Positions 1-14,140 of a stretch of 64,000 nt of DNA are shown in pieces (position 1 is the first letter of the stretch; each line of letters starts with the position of its first letter). A model generated the notes under the pieces. It worked only from the letters and a program-made list of their open reading frames with translations, did no database searches and was not told the DNA's origin. The stretch lies in contig OZ024750.1 in NCBI GenBank assembly GCA_964016885.1, forward strand, positions 5,766,001-5,830,000, in the 5' to 3' direction. The position numbers and the translations under genes are program-made. The stretch comes from Eledone cirrhosa (lineage: Eukaryota).

Positions 1-280
1 ATATACCAACATATATATTGTGATATACCATCATATAGATGGAGATATACCATCATATAGATAGTGATATACCATCATATAGATGGAGATATCCCAACAT
101 ATAGATGGAGATATACCATCATATAGATAGTGATATACCATCATATAGATGGAGATATCCCAACATATAGATGGAGATATCCCAACATATAGATGGAGAT
201 ATACCATCATATAGTTACATATATACCATCATTAGGTATATATATCTATCATCATATAGATAGATATATACCATCATATA
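1..280. repeat. 22-bp minisatellite (ATATACCATCATATAGATGGAG and variants), decaying to the right
   Basis: Units ATATACCATC/ATATCCCAAC + ATATAGAT + GGAG/AGTG read directly from the sequence. Confidence 0.9.
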
Positions 281-392
281 TGTTCGTTCATATGATAAGA
301 TACCTAGATAGTCAGACATTAAACGTTGTCCCGTGAGCGAAGATATGCAAACTTTAGGCCGTTCTACAAGATATTTAGATTTGTGTGTGTGC

Positions 393-454
<62 letters not shown>

Positions 455-557
455 AAAAGAGAGCAGTATTGGAAAGGACTATAAATGCCATAAATGAGAG
501 GAAAAGGAGGGAAAGAGCAAGGACTACTAGACAAATGAAGAAAGAAAAGGAAAAAAA

Positions 558-623
<66 letters not shown>

Positions 624-769
624 AGACTCTACACCTAGGTCTGTTCATTCAATGGATAGTAGTAGGTGTAGCCATAGAAATAGGGTGGGATGCTCTCCAG
701 AAATAAAGTACCAGTCACGCACTGGGGTCGATTTAATCGGCTTTCCCCTTCTGACTGATAAAATGACAA

Positions 770-940
770 GGCGGGCAGAATGGAGAAGGCGCTTCCTCGG
801 AGGACGGCAAGGGAGACGCGCTGGAAAAGCCCTTCCAACTCGCGAGGCTCACACCTGCGGCGGCGGCGGGCCAGCTCAGCGCCTCAGAGCGGTGTTTCGT
901 TACTTTCGAGTGAAGAATATGTCACCAAAGGAAGGTACGC
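770..940. mobile_element. Fragment of GC-rich dispersed repeat family D
   Basis: GCGGGCAGAATGGAGAAGGCGCTTCCTCGGAGGA matches 54836-54870 and the reverse complement of 3060-3110 and 22800-22850. Confidence 0.75.
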
Positions 941-1116
941 AGTGAATTATCGAAATATTGAGGAAACGTGTGTTAGAGAAAGAACGAAATCTTTGATTTA
1001 TCGTCTTATCAAATTACAAAATATATGAGATTTCTTTAACTATTATTGGAAAAAAAGTAATCTTTGAACTATCGAAATATTTGATTTCATACGTTACTTG
1101 TAGTAGGAAAACTCTC

Positions 1117-1188
<72 letters not shown>

Positions 1189-1339
1189 GAGAATCAAACA
1201 CGAGTAGATATTTAATCTTCAACAATCTTCTTAAATATTCCAAAATTTTCCATTTGAATTCAAGATCCGACAAATATATTCTGATGAGAAATATTTGGCT
1301 TCAAATGATCGTACACACACACAGACACACACACACACA

Positions 1340-1484
<145 letters not shown>

Positions 1485-1992
1485 GAGTCGGGGTCCTCTT
1501 CTACACAATGTATTACATAAATACATTGTGTAGAAGTCCATATGGAGTTTGAAGGTGTCGCCGGTTGATTAACTGTCGTTGTTAGTGAAACTGCAGGAGT
1601 TTAAATTAACAGGTTTTAACGCCAGGGAGGAAATCCGCTGTCTCTTGTGTCATATTAACTGTTGTCATTCTTTATATTGGTATTTTTAACACAGAACCTC
1701 AACAATCAATTGTCTCTTTACAATTCAACACTGTCAACACCCCACCACAGTTAATTGATAGCATAATAATTGTTTTTACTGTTGGCACAAGGCCAACAAT
1801 TATCCCAGTGCATTACTGGTACTAACGCAATTTTATACCTCTCTTACACTTAAATTCTTAGTTCCTTTTTTTTTTCTTACATTGCTTTCATTCTTTCTTT
1901 ATTTCTCTCTGCATTATCAGGCAATGGCCATACTCGATAACGAGGGGACAGCCATCATGTATGTATGTATGCTTGTATATATCCCCTGATAA

Positions 1993-2137
<145 letters not shown>

Positions 2138-2420
2138 CGAATCAGAGATAGATATGTATGTGCTTGTATACACGTGTCTGTGCATATGTGTTCGTATGTT
2201 TATTTCAGGATATATCTGCCGAATATCAAAAATGAATAAACAAATAAAACACGTATCATATTTTAATTAAACTTCATTATCAAAGTAAATATATTAATGT
2301 TAAGACAAATTACATTCTCAAGTATTATATTTGACGTTTAATATTATTGATTATTGTTGATATAAAACTTTCCACTGTATAAATTGCACAGAACGAGTAT
2401 ACTGAAAAATACAATGAAAT

Positions 2421-2780
2421 GGGTCTCCGTCGGTTTCGGCGATGAGTGTTTCAGTTGTTCAATGAACGGAACGGCCTGTTTATGAAATTAACGTGTAATG
2501 TAAGTTAGTGACTGAGTATTTCGTAAGCACGTCCACACTTAATATAACTTCCGGTGAAATTCAGCAGGACGCAGTGACAGATAAAGTTCGGCCCTTTGAA
2601 TTTAAGTTAAAGTCCATCTGATGGGATTCCAAACACTTTCCATTTACCCCCAGTTTCACTCTCCAGTTTTAGCATGGCTCAACCCGAGGCTATATTGAAT
2701 TACAGTTGTTCAAGATGCCAAGCAATGGGATCGAATCCGAAATCTAAGGATTGTGAAGCAAACCCCTAAACTATTCGGCC
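2421..2780 (-). mobile_element. Decayed CORE-type tRNA SINE, tail type C
   Basis: CTCCGTCGGTT...GAAATTAACGTG...ATTCAGC is shared with 62180-62345 and is reverse-complementary to 40620-40805. Confidence 0.7.
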
Positions 2781-2819
2781 ATATTGTGGTCCACATCAGA
2801 ATCAGTCTGTCTCTCTCTG

Positions 2820-2968
2820 TCCCGACTGGTGCTTATCCCTGTTTCCTGGCATAAAGTGTGAAGCAACTGAGAGTAAAAGACAATTCCCTGGATAGGACAA
2901 CAATCGATCGCAGGGTTAAACCCCCAGTTATTACTGGTACTTATTTTCAACTGAGTATACTGGAGCAA
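2820..2968 (-). mobile_element. CORE-type SINE fragment, tail type D
   Basis: Ends in ...CAACTGAGTATACTGGAGCAA, the reverse CORE segment also seen at 14007-14026; its GATCGCAGGGTTAA tail recurs at 43039-43100. Confidence 0.6.
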
Positions 2969-3559
2969 ATTTAATGATTCACTTTTATATCAAATATAAA
3001 ATCTCTCAAAAGACATAAATCCGTAATTTAATCAATATTTTCCATAAGCTACACATTTGTCTCCCTTGCCATCCTCCGGGGAAACACCTTCTCCATTCTG
3101 TCCGCCGGGGTTGTCAGTCAGATACACACACATATATATATATACTGATTAATTTAACAAAAAATAAAGTTAGTTATTGTTTAGAAAAAAAAGAATCCTT
3201 TGATATACAGGAGATTTTCGACTTACAGCTACACATTTTCCTTCAATTAGCCCAGGAATCGAACCAATGATACTATGACTGTAAACCCCAAACCCTTACC
3301 AGTAGGCTACCATCAGAATTTCGAATGAACATATTGATTGGCCAAAGAAACCCGATGTCAAAGGGCAGACAATTTAATCTTATGATTCTGACGAGATTAA
3401 ATTTCAAATACAAACTAACAAGAAGCCATAAAACATTAATAAGAGCAAATAAAATAATTTGGTTGCAATGATAAGATCTGGAAATATTGAAATGGCGATG
3501 GATCTGAGAAATCTTCTCTAATCAAAATATGAATGAGTAATGGCGAAATGGGTGTTATA

Positions 3560-4570
<1,011 letters not shown>

Positions 4571-4875
4571 GAATTAACTGATGCTAAGATTTTCGTTTAC
4601 AACGTAAGATAACTTTCAACGACAATTAGTTGTCCAGGCTTTCCCAGTTCAACAATTCAAGACACACACACATATATACATATTTAATGTTATATTACAC
4701 TGGGATATCAGCCAAGTAAAAATTGTAGCTTATGGAGTGTATTGATTAAATTAAGGATTTATGTCAGTGGAGAGATTTTATATTTGATATAAAAATGAAT
4801 CATTAAATTTAGTCTGATTACGATTAACTATATTCTTCGCATATGTTGGACAGTTTATTTGGAGAGAAATATGTC

Positions 4876-4926
<51 letters not shown>

Positions 4927-4996
4927 AAATAATGAATAAAACATTGAGTTCTTCATACGGATTGGACACTACCGTAAACTCTTGGTAGATTTATCT

Positions 4997-5084
<88 letters not shown>

Positions 5085-5288
5085 ATATTTGGGGAGGGTC
5101 ATATTTGCGTAATATTGCCAGAATTAATAACAGAACACACTCACTGTTTGGTTGGTTTTCGCTTCTCGCTGTCTTTTATATATATATATCTGCGATCTAA
5201 CTTACTCGGTCCTCAATGTTGCCATTGACTGACCGGCGGTCAAAAATAATACAGATACAATATAGACAAACACATATATATATAGTTT

Positions 5289-5330
5289 ACATAAATCTTT
5301 CGTTGCACATCTGCAACATCGTCAGTGGTG
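5289..5330 (-). ncRNA. Minimal type-I hammerhead ribozyme candidate (weak stem I)
   Basis: Minus strand reads cca-CTGACGA-t-GTTGCA-gatg-TGCAAC-GAAA-gatt-TA-tg. Core is intact and stem II has 6 bp; stem III is AGATTT (near-palindrome) and stem I has only 2 bp. Confidence 0.55.
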
Positions 5331-5449
5331 TTATATTCATTGTTCCTCCTGTTGTGTTGTATGTCTACGCCATTTTTTTTGTTCAGTCTGTCTATATATT
5401 TATTTATTTATTTATTTATAAAAAACCTCGCAAAACTAATTCATCGCCG

Positions 5450-5502
<53 letters not shown>

Positions 5503-5504
<2 letters not shown>

Positions 5505-5615
5505 GTAATAATAATAAATTTGAAGACTAAAGTCCAAAGAGGGCTCGCAGATCCCGTTAAGGGTGAAAGCAGCGATTCTTTGCTTAAACTTTAATCTATT
5601 ATTTTAATAAATAAA
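5503..5615. mobile_element. Family F short insert in (TA)n, internally inverted
   Basis: Left part matches 27370-27412 and right part matches 27607-27656. Confidence 0.8.
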
Positions 5616-5820
5616 TATATATATATTTATTTAGGTTTGTTGGTTGACCACTGGATAGAACTGGTCATTCCGTATGGTCAATCTCGATGTAATATGATGG
5701 AGAACACTCAACGTAATGCAACTCACCCGTCTTCGTTTGTGTAGTTGTTGGTGCGAGTACGGAGTTAATTATTATAAAATAACAGGAGGCTGGACTGGTG
5801 TAATTCCTTAAAGGTTTATT

Positions 5821-5878
5821 ATACTATGAACATTTCAATGACCAGGTTCAGTATGAATCCGGTGATATCATCAGGTAT
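5821..5878 (-). ncRNA. Type-I hammerhead ribozyme (left arm)
   Basis: Minus strand reads ATAC-CTGATGA-stem II-GAAA-TGTTCA-TA-GTAT, with one change in the stem III palindrome. Confidence 0.7.
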
Positions 5879-6000
5879 TCAAAATATGACAAAAGAAAAT
5901 ATAACAGATAAAATCCATGGGGCTGAAAATCAGAGACAAGAGGACGACCGACTATTTAGCAGCTTCTACCTCAGTCGGCCGCCCTCGAGTTATATTTTGA

Positions 6001-6058
6001 ATACCTGATGATATCACCGGATTCATACTGAACCCGGTCATTGAAATGATCATAGTAT
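6001..6058 (+). ncRNA. Type-I hammerhead ribozyme (right arm)
   Basis: Stem I ATAC/GTAT; CTGATGA 6005-6011; stem II with ACCGG/CCGGT; GAAA 6043-6046; palindromic stem III ATGATCAT; predicted cleavage after A6054. Confidence 0.8.
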
Positions 6059-6099
6059 AATAAACCTTTCAAGGATTTACACCAGAACATGCCCCCTGT

Positions 6100-6159
<60 letters not shown>

Positions 6160-6161
<2 letters not shown>

Positions 6162-6322
6162 GTTGTATGTGGTGTATATATGTTGTATGTGGTGTATATA
6201 TGTTGTATGTGGTGTATATATATTGTATCTGGTGTATATATATTGTATGTGGTATATATATATTGTATGGGTTGTATATATATTGTATGTAGTGTATATA
6301 TGTTGTTTGTGGTGTATATATG
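6160..6322. repeat. 20-bp minisatellite TGTTGTATGTGGTGTATATA, about 8 copies
   Basis: Seen directly. Confidence 0.9.
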
Positions 6323-6926
6323 GTGCCGTCAAGAATGGTGTATATCTGTATGTCTATATATCTGTATATTTCTAGGTCATGGGCGATAGGGTATGTATGT
6401 ATATATGTATATATGTATGTGTGTTTATGTGTATATATTTATGTATGTTTGTGCGTATGTATGTATGTTCATAGATGCACAAACACATATATGTATATAT
6501 GTATGTGTTTCTGTGTGTATATGTATGTACGTATCTACGTACGTACTTATATATGTATGCAGTGGTGGACTGGCCAGGTTACCAGGTTGCCCAATGGCAA
6601 GTGGGCCCACTGTAGTATTTAGGGGCCAATGCTTTGCTTTCAAAAAATACTTGAACTCTAAGAGAAAGAATGAAATAAAAAAATAAATAAAACAGTTAAG
6701 CAAAGCATTTGGTCAACCAAGGAGGGGGGGGGGATGAGGTGGAACAGAAATGAAACATGGATTGCAGGTTAAAATATAGTCTAGATAAATGTGAAACAAA
6801 ACGAGGAATGATTTAGAAGTCGACCTTAAGTAGGAGCAATAACATTACGAAAGACATGAACGACACCACAACACTTTGTTTTGAAAGTAGGTTTATAAGT
6901 ATGAATTTTCATTAGATATTCATAGT

Positions 6927-6998
6927 ACTCTCTGTGGCCTAACGGTAAGTACTAGAGACGTTGGAGATCCTGGTCTTGGGTTCAATCCTGGTCAAGAG
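6927..6998 (+). other. tRNA-like sequence (Pol III A and B boxes) inside the hAT element
   Basis: A-box-like TGGCCTAACGG and B-box-like GGTTCAATCC at tRNA spacing, with a T-run downstream. Confidence 0.6.
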
Positions 6999-7070
6999 GT
7001 GTCTTTTTCAGTTTTTATTTTAAAACTCATAGAAAAAAAAAACCCCAGAAAAGTTCTACCGGGAACCCTA

Positions 7071-7144
7071 CTCCTGACCAGAACCGAACTTCAGACCAGG
7101 ATCGCCATCGTCTATGATCTCTCCCACTAGGCCACCGAGACAGC
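7071..7144 (-). other. Second, inverted tRNA-like sequence inside the hAT element
   Basis: Minus strand reads GGTGGCCTAGTGG...AAGTTCGGTTC and is homologous to 6927-6998. Confidence 0.55.
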
Positions 7145-8036
7145 TACGAAAGAATAATGAAAATTAATAATTATAAACCTACTTTCAAAATCAAAGTTAA
7201 AAAGATGTGTCGTTCATGGCTTTCCTAGAGCTATTAGTAATATTTAGGGTCGACTTCTGGTGATTATTCAAAGTCTCTGGATTTCGCAAAATACATAATA
7301 TTTTTTATTGGAGAAGGTAAGATATTTTTCCGCAAAAATTTGATTGCACTGTTTTGTTTCCACTTATGTACTTTTCGAAAATGGCATTTATTCATTATAA
7401 AAATCAAATGATAGCATTCTATATGTAGGTGGGCCCCCTTCATCTCCTGGCAACCAATACTTTTAGACCCAGTCCGCCACTGTATGTATGTGCTTTTGAT
7501 TGTAATTTTGACAACATAAGCAAGCATCTCTCTCTCTCTCTCTCTCATGGAAGATATCCACTGAGTTCAAAAATAGCTGTAGTCGAGTCCTGCCAACTTA
7601 TACTGCCAAAGACTACGGTACTCCTACGAATCAATCAGAAGTAATGGGCCTATACACCCTGTTAAAATTAGCGTGTAATGATAGATATTGCTTTATTTAC
7701 ACTTCCATCTTATTCTAGACGAGTGTTCCTACTTACATATGTTTCCAGTGAATAAACAACAGTAAGCCATGAAGATTTACAGCGGAAAAAAGTATTGATA
7801 ATATGGCAACATCTCTTAGGAAATTAATTACCTAGTCCAGTAAGGATCTAGAAACAAAGGCGCCGACAAATCAGTGGTATATATGTATATATATATGTTC
7901 ATACATACAATATATATATATATATATATATATGTGTTGCTTACACACACATACATATATATATGTATGTGTGTGTTGCCTACACACACATATATATATA
8001 TGTATGTGTGTTGCCCACACACACACACACACATAT

Positions 8037-8240
8037 ATAACGAAGGAAGTGTGGTAAGAAACCAGGTGGACCATAACGCACCAGAGTACTCAATACTTTT
8101 GGTAGTAGAGTGGGTAATAGGAAAATGTTCAAAACCCCGACGGCAGAGCTGAAGCCGTTTCGACAGCTATTTCTACGAGTCCAGAAATAGCCGTCGAAAC
8201 GGCTTGAGCTCTGCCGTCGGGGTCTTGATCATTTTCCTAT
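8037..8240. mobile_element. Family E microsatellite-embedded foldback insert (tail plus 58-bp inverted arms)
   Basis: Arms 8117-8174 and 8183-8240; the tail AACGAAGGAA..GGACCATAACGCACCA recurs at 30756 and 46551. Confidence 0.85.
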
Positions 8241-8241
8241 A

Positions 8242-8272
<31 letters not shown>

Positions 8273-8322
8273 GTTGCCTACACACACACACATATATATA
8301 TATGCGTATTGCTTACCGACAC

Positions 8323-8394
<72 letters not shown>

Positions 8395-8490
8395 ATGTAT
8401 ATACATACGTATACATACACGCACACACATACACACACACACACACACACGCACACGCACACACACATATATATGTGTCGGTAAGCAACA

Positions 8491-8535
<45 letters not shown>

Positions 8536-9297
8536 AGAGCCAACATATATATATATTACGTATATGTCTCACACACACACATATACGTAAGGGCATTCAC
8601 ACGCACATACACTCAAATATACATACGTATACATACGTATATTTGAGTGTACGTGTGCGTCAATGCCCTTACGTATATGTGTGTGTGTGAGACACACTCA
8701 TACATCATACGATGTAGAAATGAGTACGATATAAGAGAGGATCATTATGTCCATAATATATTTGAAATGTACCTGAATTTTATGTTCTTGGCATATGTTA
8801 CATATACAACATTTACTCATATATACAAGGTGTTGAGCAAAGTTAATGAAGCGCTAATATTTCCACATGTACATCCCTCATAGAATTTCGTCAGTGATGT
8901 TAGTCGGGGGGGGGGGGGGGGTTTAGTTTGTCTATCGAAAAAATAAGAAGTTCCCGCTGTAAATTAACGATCTGAGTAATCATATACGGCCTTTCTTTCT
9001 TTCTCTCGTTCTTGCTTTCTTTTTCTCTTTCTTTCTTTCACTCGTTCTTTCTTTCTTTCACTCTTTCTTTCTTTCTTTCTTTCTTTCTTTCACTCTTTCT
9101 TTCTTTCTCTCTCCCTTTCTCTCTTTCTTTCTCTCTCGTAGATGTCACATCTGTTTGTTGTTGACAGGGAAAGAGAACGTTAAGTAATGCTTTACAATAG
9201 ATGTAAGTACAATATCCACACAGCATGGAATATGTTAATAGCCATCAAGTGTTTAAGAAGAAACCGTAAGAGACGATGAGAGAGGGAGTGAGAGAGG

Positions 9298-9328
<31 letters not shown>

Positions 9329-9858
9329 AGGGGGAGAGCTGGAGGGTGAAGGGTGTAAACAAGACGGACAAAAGGAGATATATCGAAAGCTAATGTGTAT
9401 ATATATATATATATTTATGTTTATCTATTTCGTGTGTTATTTTGTTTATTTGTTTCCATCTGTTTCATCACGTTTCATCACTTTGTTATTGAGTTATTCT
9501 AGAAAGATCCATAAACAACTTACCTGTTTCTCATCAAGATCACTACTATTACTAAAGCTAATTTATATAAGGTGAGAGTTACAGTTTGGAAAGTCATTAA
9601 GGTAGAAGAAACAGGTAAAGTAAAATGTTCTGCATTTAGCTACAAACCGCTGCCATGCACTGAGTGAGTCCTTTGGCACGTTCCCTAGCTACAAAGAAGC
9701 TACAATGTTTTACCCAGTATATTTCAGGGCTAAAACTCTCTTTTCAAACGGGTCAAAACAAAAACAAACGATCGATGTGTTCTTCCTTAACATTATTTAT
9801 TTTTTATTTTTCTCGTCCTTCTTTTCTATTATTTTAATCCCTTCTTTAATACTTTCAT

Positions 9859-10040
9859 TTGGCAGTATCGGTAGAGGTTCGGACGCCATGCTTTGCAGCA
9901 TAGAGTTACGGCCCTTGTCATTCTGAGTTCAAATCCCGCCGAGGTTAACTTTGCTTTTCATCCTTACGGGGTCGATAAAATAAAGTACCAGTAATGTACT
10001 GGGGTAATTGCTGGCCTTGTGCCAATAGTAGAAACAATTT
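9859..10040 (+). mobile_element. tRNA-derived SINE, family A
   Basis: A box TGGCAGTATCGG, B box GAGTTCAAATCC, central TTTCATCCTTACGGGGTCGATAAAATAAAGTACC, tail GGCCTTGTGCC..AGAAACAATT. Confidence 0.9.
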
Positions 10041-10275
10041 GGTATCTAAATTTTCTTTTTCCATCCTTTTTTTTCCGTTCTTCTTTTCTGTTATTTTAAT
10101 CCCTCTTTTAATACTTTCATTATTGTATACCACTCTTTACTGATACATTATTTCACTCTTTTAACGCTTAGGGGTTTAACCTGAACCCCAATAGTATTAT
10201 AATATTAACCTCGTTTATTTCTCTAAAGACATCCAGTCATGGCCCTCCCCTTGCAACAAACCACTAAACACATTT

Positions 10276-10392
10276 ACACACACACATACAGGCAAGCGTA
10301 GACACACATACAGGCAAGCGTAGACACACACACATACAGGCAAGCGTAGACACATACACACATACAGGCAAGCTTAGACACATACACATACA
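10276..10392. repeat. Minisatellite (CA)n-TACAGGCAAGCGTAGA, 4 copies
   Basis: Seen directly. Confidence 0.85.
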
Positions 10393-10659
10393 AACAGGGT
10401 ATCACAGACATACGCATATTTTCAATCTCACCAACATCCGCATCACCATCACCTCCCTCCCACCACCACCACCACCACCACCACCACCACCATCATCATC
10501 ACCATCATTATCGTCATTTGCTCCACATCAAATATATTTAACGAATCCATTCAGGCGTATTATCCATAATGAAGTACAATACAATAACATCGTTAGTAGT
10601 TCCATTTTAAAGCTGTTATTGAATTACACACTGCTGACCTTTACATGTTTCTTTTGCTA

Positions 10660-11148
<489 letters not shown>

Positions 11149-11854
11149 TTTTATGTTTGTCCGTCCAAAAACATAAAAACTCTTTTCTTACAATATCAAG
11201 CGTCAAACTAATATATTTCTTCATAGTACTGTGTTGTTTGCTTTGTTGTTTCCGACTGTTTGCATACACACACACGCACACACACACACATACATACACA
11301 CATACACACATACATACACACATACACACATACACACAAACAAACGTCTGTATACACTTTTGCGAGTGTATGTCTACGTGAGTAGGAATAACAATGGATG
11401 GTAAATGTCAGCATTTAAGAAAAAAAAAACAAAAAAACCCAACCCCAAAACCTTATATTTGTGTTTGTATTTTCAATATTCATACCGCAAACCCGACGAG
11501 ACCTAAACAAATATCTTTAGCTATGACACCAAAACTGTTGCAGGTCAAATTGGTACTAGAACAAAACAAAAGAAACCTATATATCGTTGGTAGCTGGCAG
11601 AATTGAGGCACGTAAAATTATGTAAGTTTTTATTGATCTGGCGACACAAATCAATCTGTCTTCCAGGATATGAACACAGGAACTCTTAAGCTGCTTGTGC
11701 AATCCATCACTCACTCACTCGACCGATTTTGCATTTATACTCGCATGCACGCACACACACATGCCTGCACACACACATACACACACACACACTTGCACAT
11801 ATATAACCTGCAATTTAGGAACTGTATATCTTGATACACACACATATATATAAA

Positions 11855-11894
<40 letters not shown>

Positions 11895-12025
11895 TATATA
11901 TGCAAATATATATAAATATATGCATATATATATATAAATATATGCATATATATATATATGCATATATATATATATATATATGCATATATATATATATATG
12001 CATATATATATGCATATATATATGC

Positions 12026-12081
<56 letters not shown>

Positions 12082-12678
12082 ATTATATTAAAGAATCCAT
12101 ACATTGGTGAAATATTTTGTACTCGCTCACATCTATATCTGTTTCATTATTTAGTTCAGTTTAATTTCCACCAGGAATACAGCTACATATATATCATGTA
12201 GGAAAGAGAAAACGACTTTTGTGCTATCCATGTCTCTCTCAATAGAATTATCAATATATATTACATAAAATAAAAAAAAATATATATAAATATATATACG
12301 ACGTCTCACATGTGTAATAGAAAGAAATAACCCCCCCCCCAAAAGAAAAAACAAACAAACAAGCCAAAACAACCATTTATTAACCGAGACTATACAGGAA
12401 ATTAGTAGATAGTGTCTTCCTCTAAGGATTTGTAAAAATATAAAAACAACAAAAAAAGCTTAGCCCAGTAAAATTAATTATCTTAACTTTTGAAAGCTAT
12501 AGAAAATGCAGTATACTAGTGGATTTAGTTTTTATGTCAAATGGTGAAGAAATGGGCATGTTCAAGCTGTATAAGGCCTCATCAGAGAACTATATTTTAA
12601 TTTTCTTAAATAAAACAAGTATGTGTATTTAACAGTAAATATGGTGCAGTAAATATACATATATATATATATATACAC

Positions 12679-12787
12679 CTGGTCCGAACACAAAGGAACC
12701 AAACTCCCACTGTCACTTCCTCCGTCTCTCCCGCTCTCCACATCTCTTACTATTAAGAACAAATGGGGAGGGGACACGCGCTGGCCA
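12679..12787. mobile_element. Family D fragment (conserved GGTCCGAAC end)
   Basis: Matches 54721-54820. Confidence 0.75.
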
Positions 12788-12789
12788 TA

Positions 12790-13143
12790 AGTAATTGTTT
12801 CTACTTTTGGCACAAGGCCAGCAATTATTCCTGTGTATTACTGGTACTTTATTTTATCGACCCCGTAAGGACGAAAGGCAAAGTTAATCTCGGCGGGATT
12901 TGAGCCCAGAACGTAAAGGGCCATAACTCTATGCTTCAAAGCATGGTGTCTGATGCTCTACCGATACTGCCAAACCACCGCCCTAAATAATTGTTTCTAC
13001 TTTTGGCACAAGACTAGCAATTATCCCAGTGTATTACTGGTACTTTATTTTATCGACCTCGTAAGGATGAAAGGCAAAGTTAACCTCGGCGGAATTTGAG
13101 CCCAGAACGCAAAGGGCCATAACTCTATGCTGCAAAGCATGGT
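12790..13143 (-). mobile_element. Two head-to-tail family A SINEs
   Basis: Copies at 12790-12984 and 12987-13143 (the second is 5'-truncated). Confidence 0.9.
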
Positions 13144-13257
13144 ACTATCCAACAATCTTCCTTTATACTAGCTTTTCTAAAAAAAAAAAACTATTAAAAC
13201 CGAATATTAGAAACTGTATCATTGCTGTTGATGTCCACTTTCTCTTCTTTGGCTTTG

Positions 13258-14140
13258 GCCCCACTCGGTCACGGATGACCAGGGTTTTGCACCTAGAAAG
13301 TATCCCTCCGAGGCACAAGTCCAGGCTAGGTTGTTTGTAGAAGACCAGCAGTCACCCATTCATGAAAGCCTCCCCTCTCCACGCCACCGATGTTGTCCAA
13401 GGGAAAGGCAATGGCTGATACAGCTTGACACCAGAGACATCACAGCTCATATATACACTGTATATACACTATATATACATTATATATACACTATATATGA
13501 TGTTGTCCAAGGGAAAGGCAATGGCTGATACAGCTTGACACCAGAGACATCACAGCTCATATATACACTGTATATACACTATATATACATTATATATACA
13601 CTATATATGATGTTGTCCAAGGGAAAGGCAATGGCTGATACAGCTTGACACCAGAGACATCACAGCTCATATATACACTGTATATACACTATATATACAT
13701 TATATATACACTATATATGATGTTGTCCAAGGGAAAGGCAATGGCTGATACAGATTGACACCAGAGACATCACAGCTCATATATACACTGTATATACACT
13801 ATATACATATTATATATACACTATATATGATGTTGTCCAAGAGAAAGGCAATGGTCGATACAGCTTGGCACCAGAGACATCACTGCTCATATATACACTG
13901 TATATACACTATATATACATTATATATACACTATATATGATAATGTCCAAGAGAAAGGCAATGGTCGATACAGCTTGGCACCAGTGACGCCGCAACTCAT
14001 TTCTACAGCTGAGTAAACTGGAGCAACGTGAAATAAAGTGTCTTGCTCAAGGACACAACACATCACCCAGTCCGAGAATTGAACTCACAACCTCTCAATT
14101 GCAAGCCTAATGCTCTAACCACTAAGCCATGCGCCTTCAC
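13258..14140 (-). mobile_element. CORE-type tRNA SINE (tail type A) with an internal tandem expansion
   Basis: Minus strand has head GGCGCATGGCTTAGTGGTTAGAGC, B box GAGTTCAATTC and CORE-like TGTCCTTGAGCAAGACACTT...CTCAGCTGTAGAAATG. Confidence 0.85.
13389..13985. repeat. 110-bp tandem repeat, 5 units plus a partial unit
   Basis: TGTTGTCCAA starts at 13391, 13501, 13611, 13721 and 13831, with a variant at 13941. Confidence 0.95.

Larger units (their letters stand above)
5630..6108. mobile_element. Penelope-like foldback element: tail plus ~118-bp inverted arms, bounded by TA repeats
   Basis: Arms 5773-5890 and 5989-6108 are reverse complements, and each holds a hammerhead motif followed by AATAAA. 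Confidence 0.8.
6560..7482. mobile_element. Non-autonomous hAT DNA transposon (923 bp)
   Basis: TIRs CAGTGGTGGACTGG / CCAGTCCGCCACTG (13 of 14 match) and an 8-bp TSD TATGTATG at 6552-6559 and 7483-7490; no transposase ORF. Confidence 0.85.

Noticed and set aside
4778-4880. INCPTY as a possible GIY-YIG endonuclease remnant
   Set aside because: No YIG/YVG motif or downstream conserved Arg/His in any frame
13389-13985. CRISPR-like repeat/spacer appearance
   Set aside because: The spacers are identical TA-rich linkers and the context is eukaryotic with no cas genes
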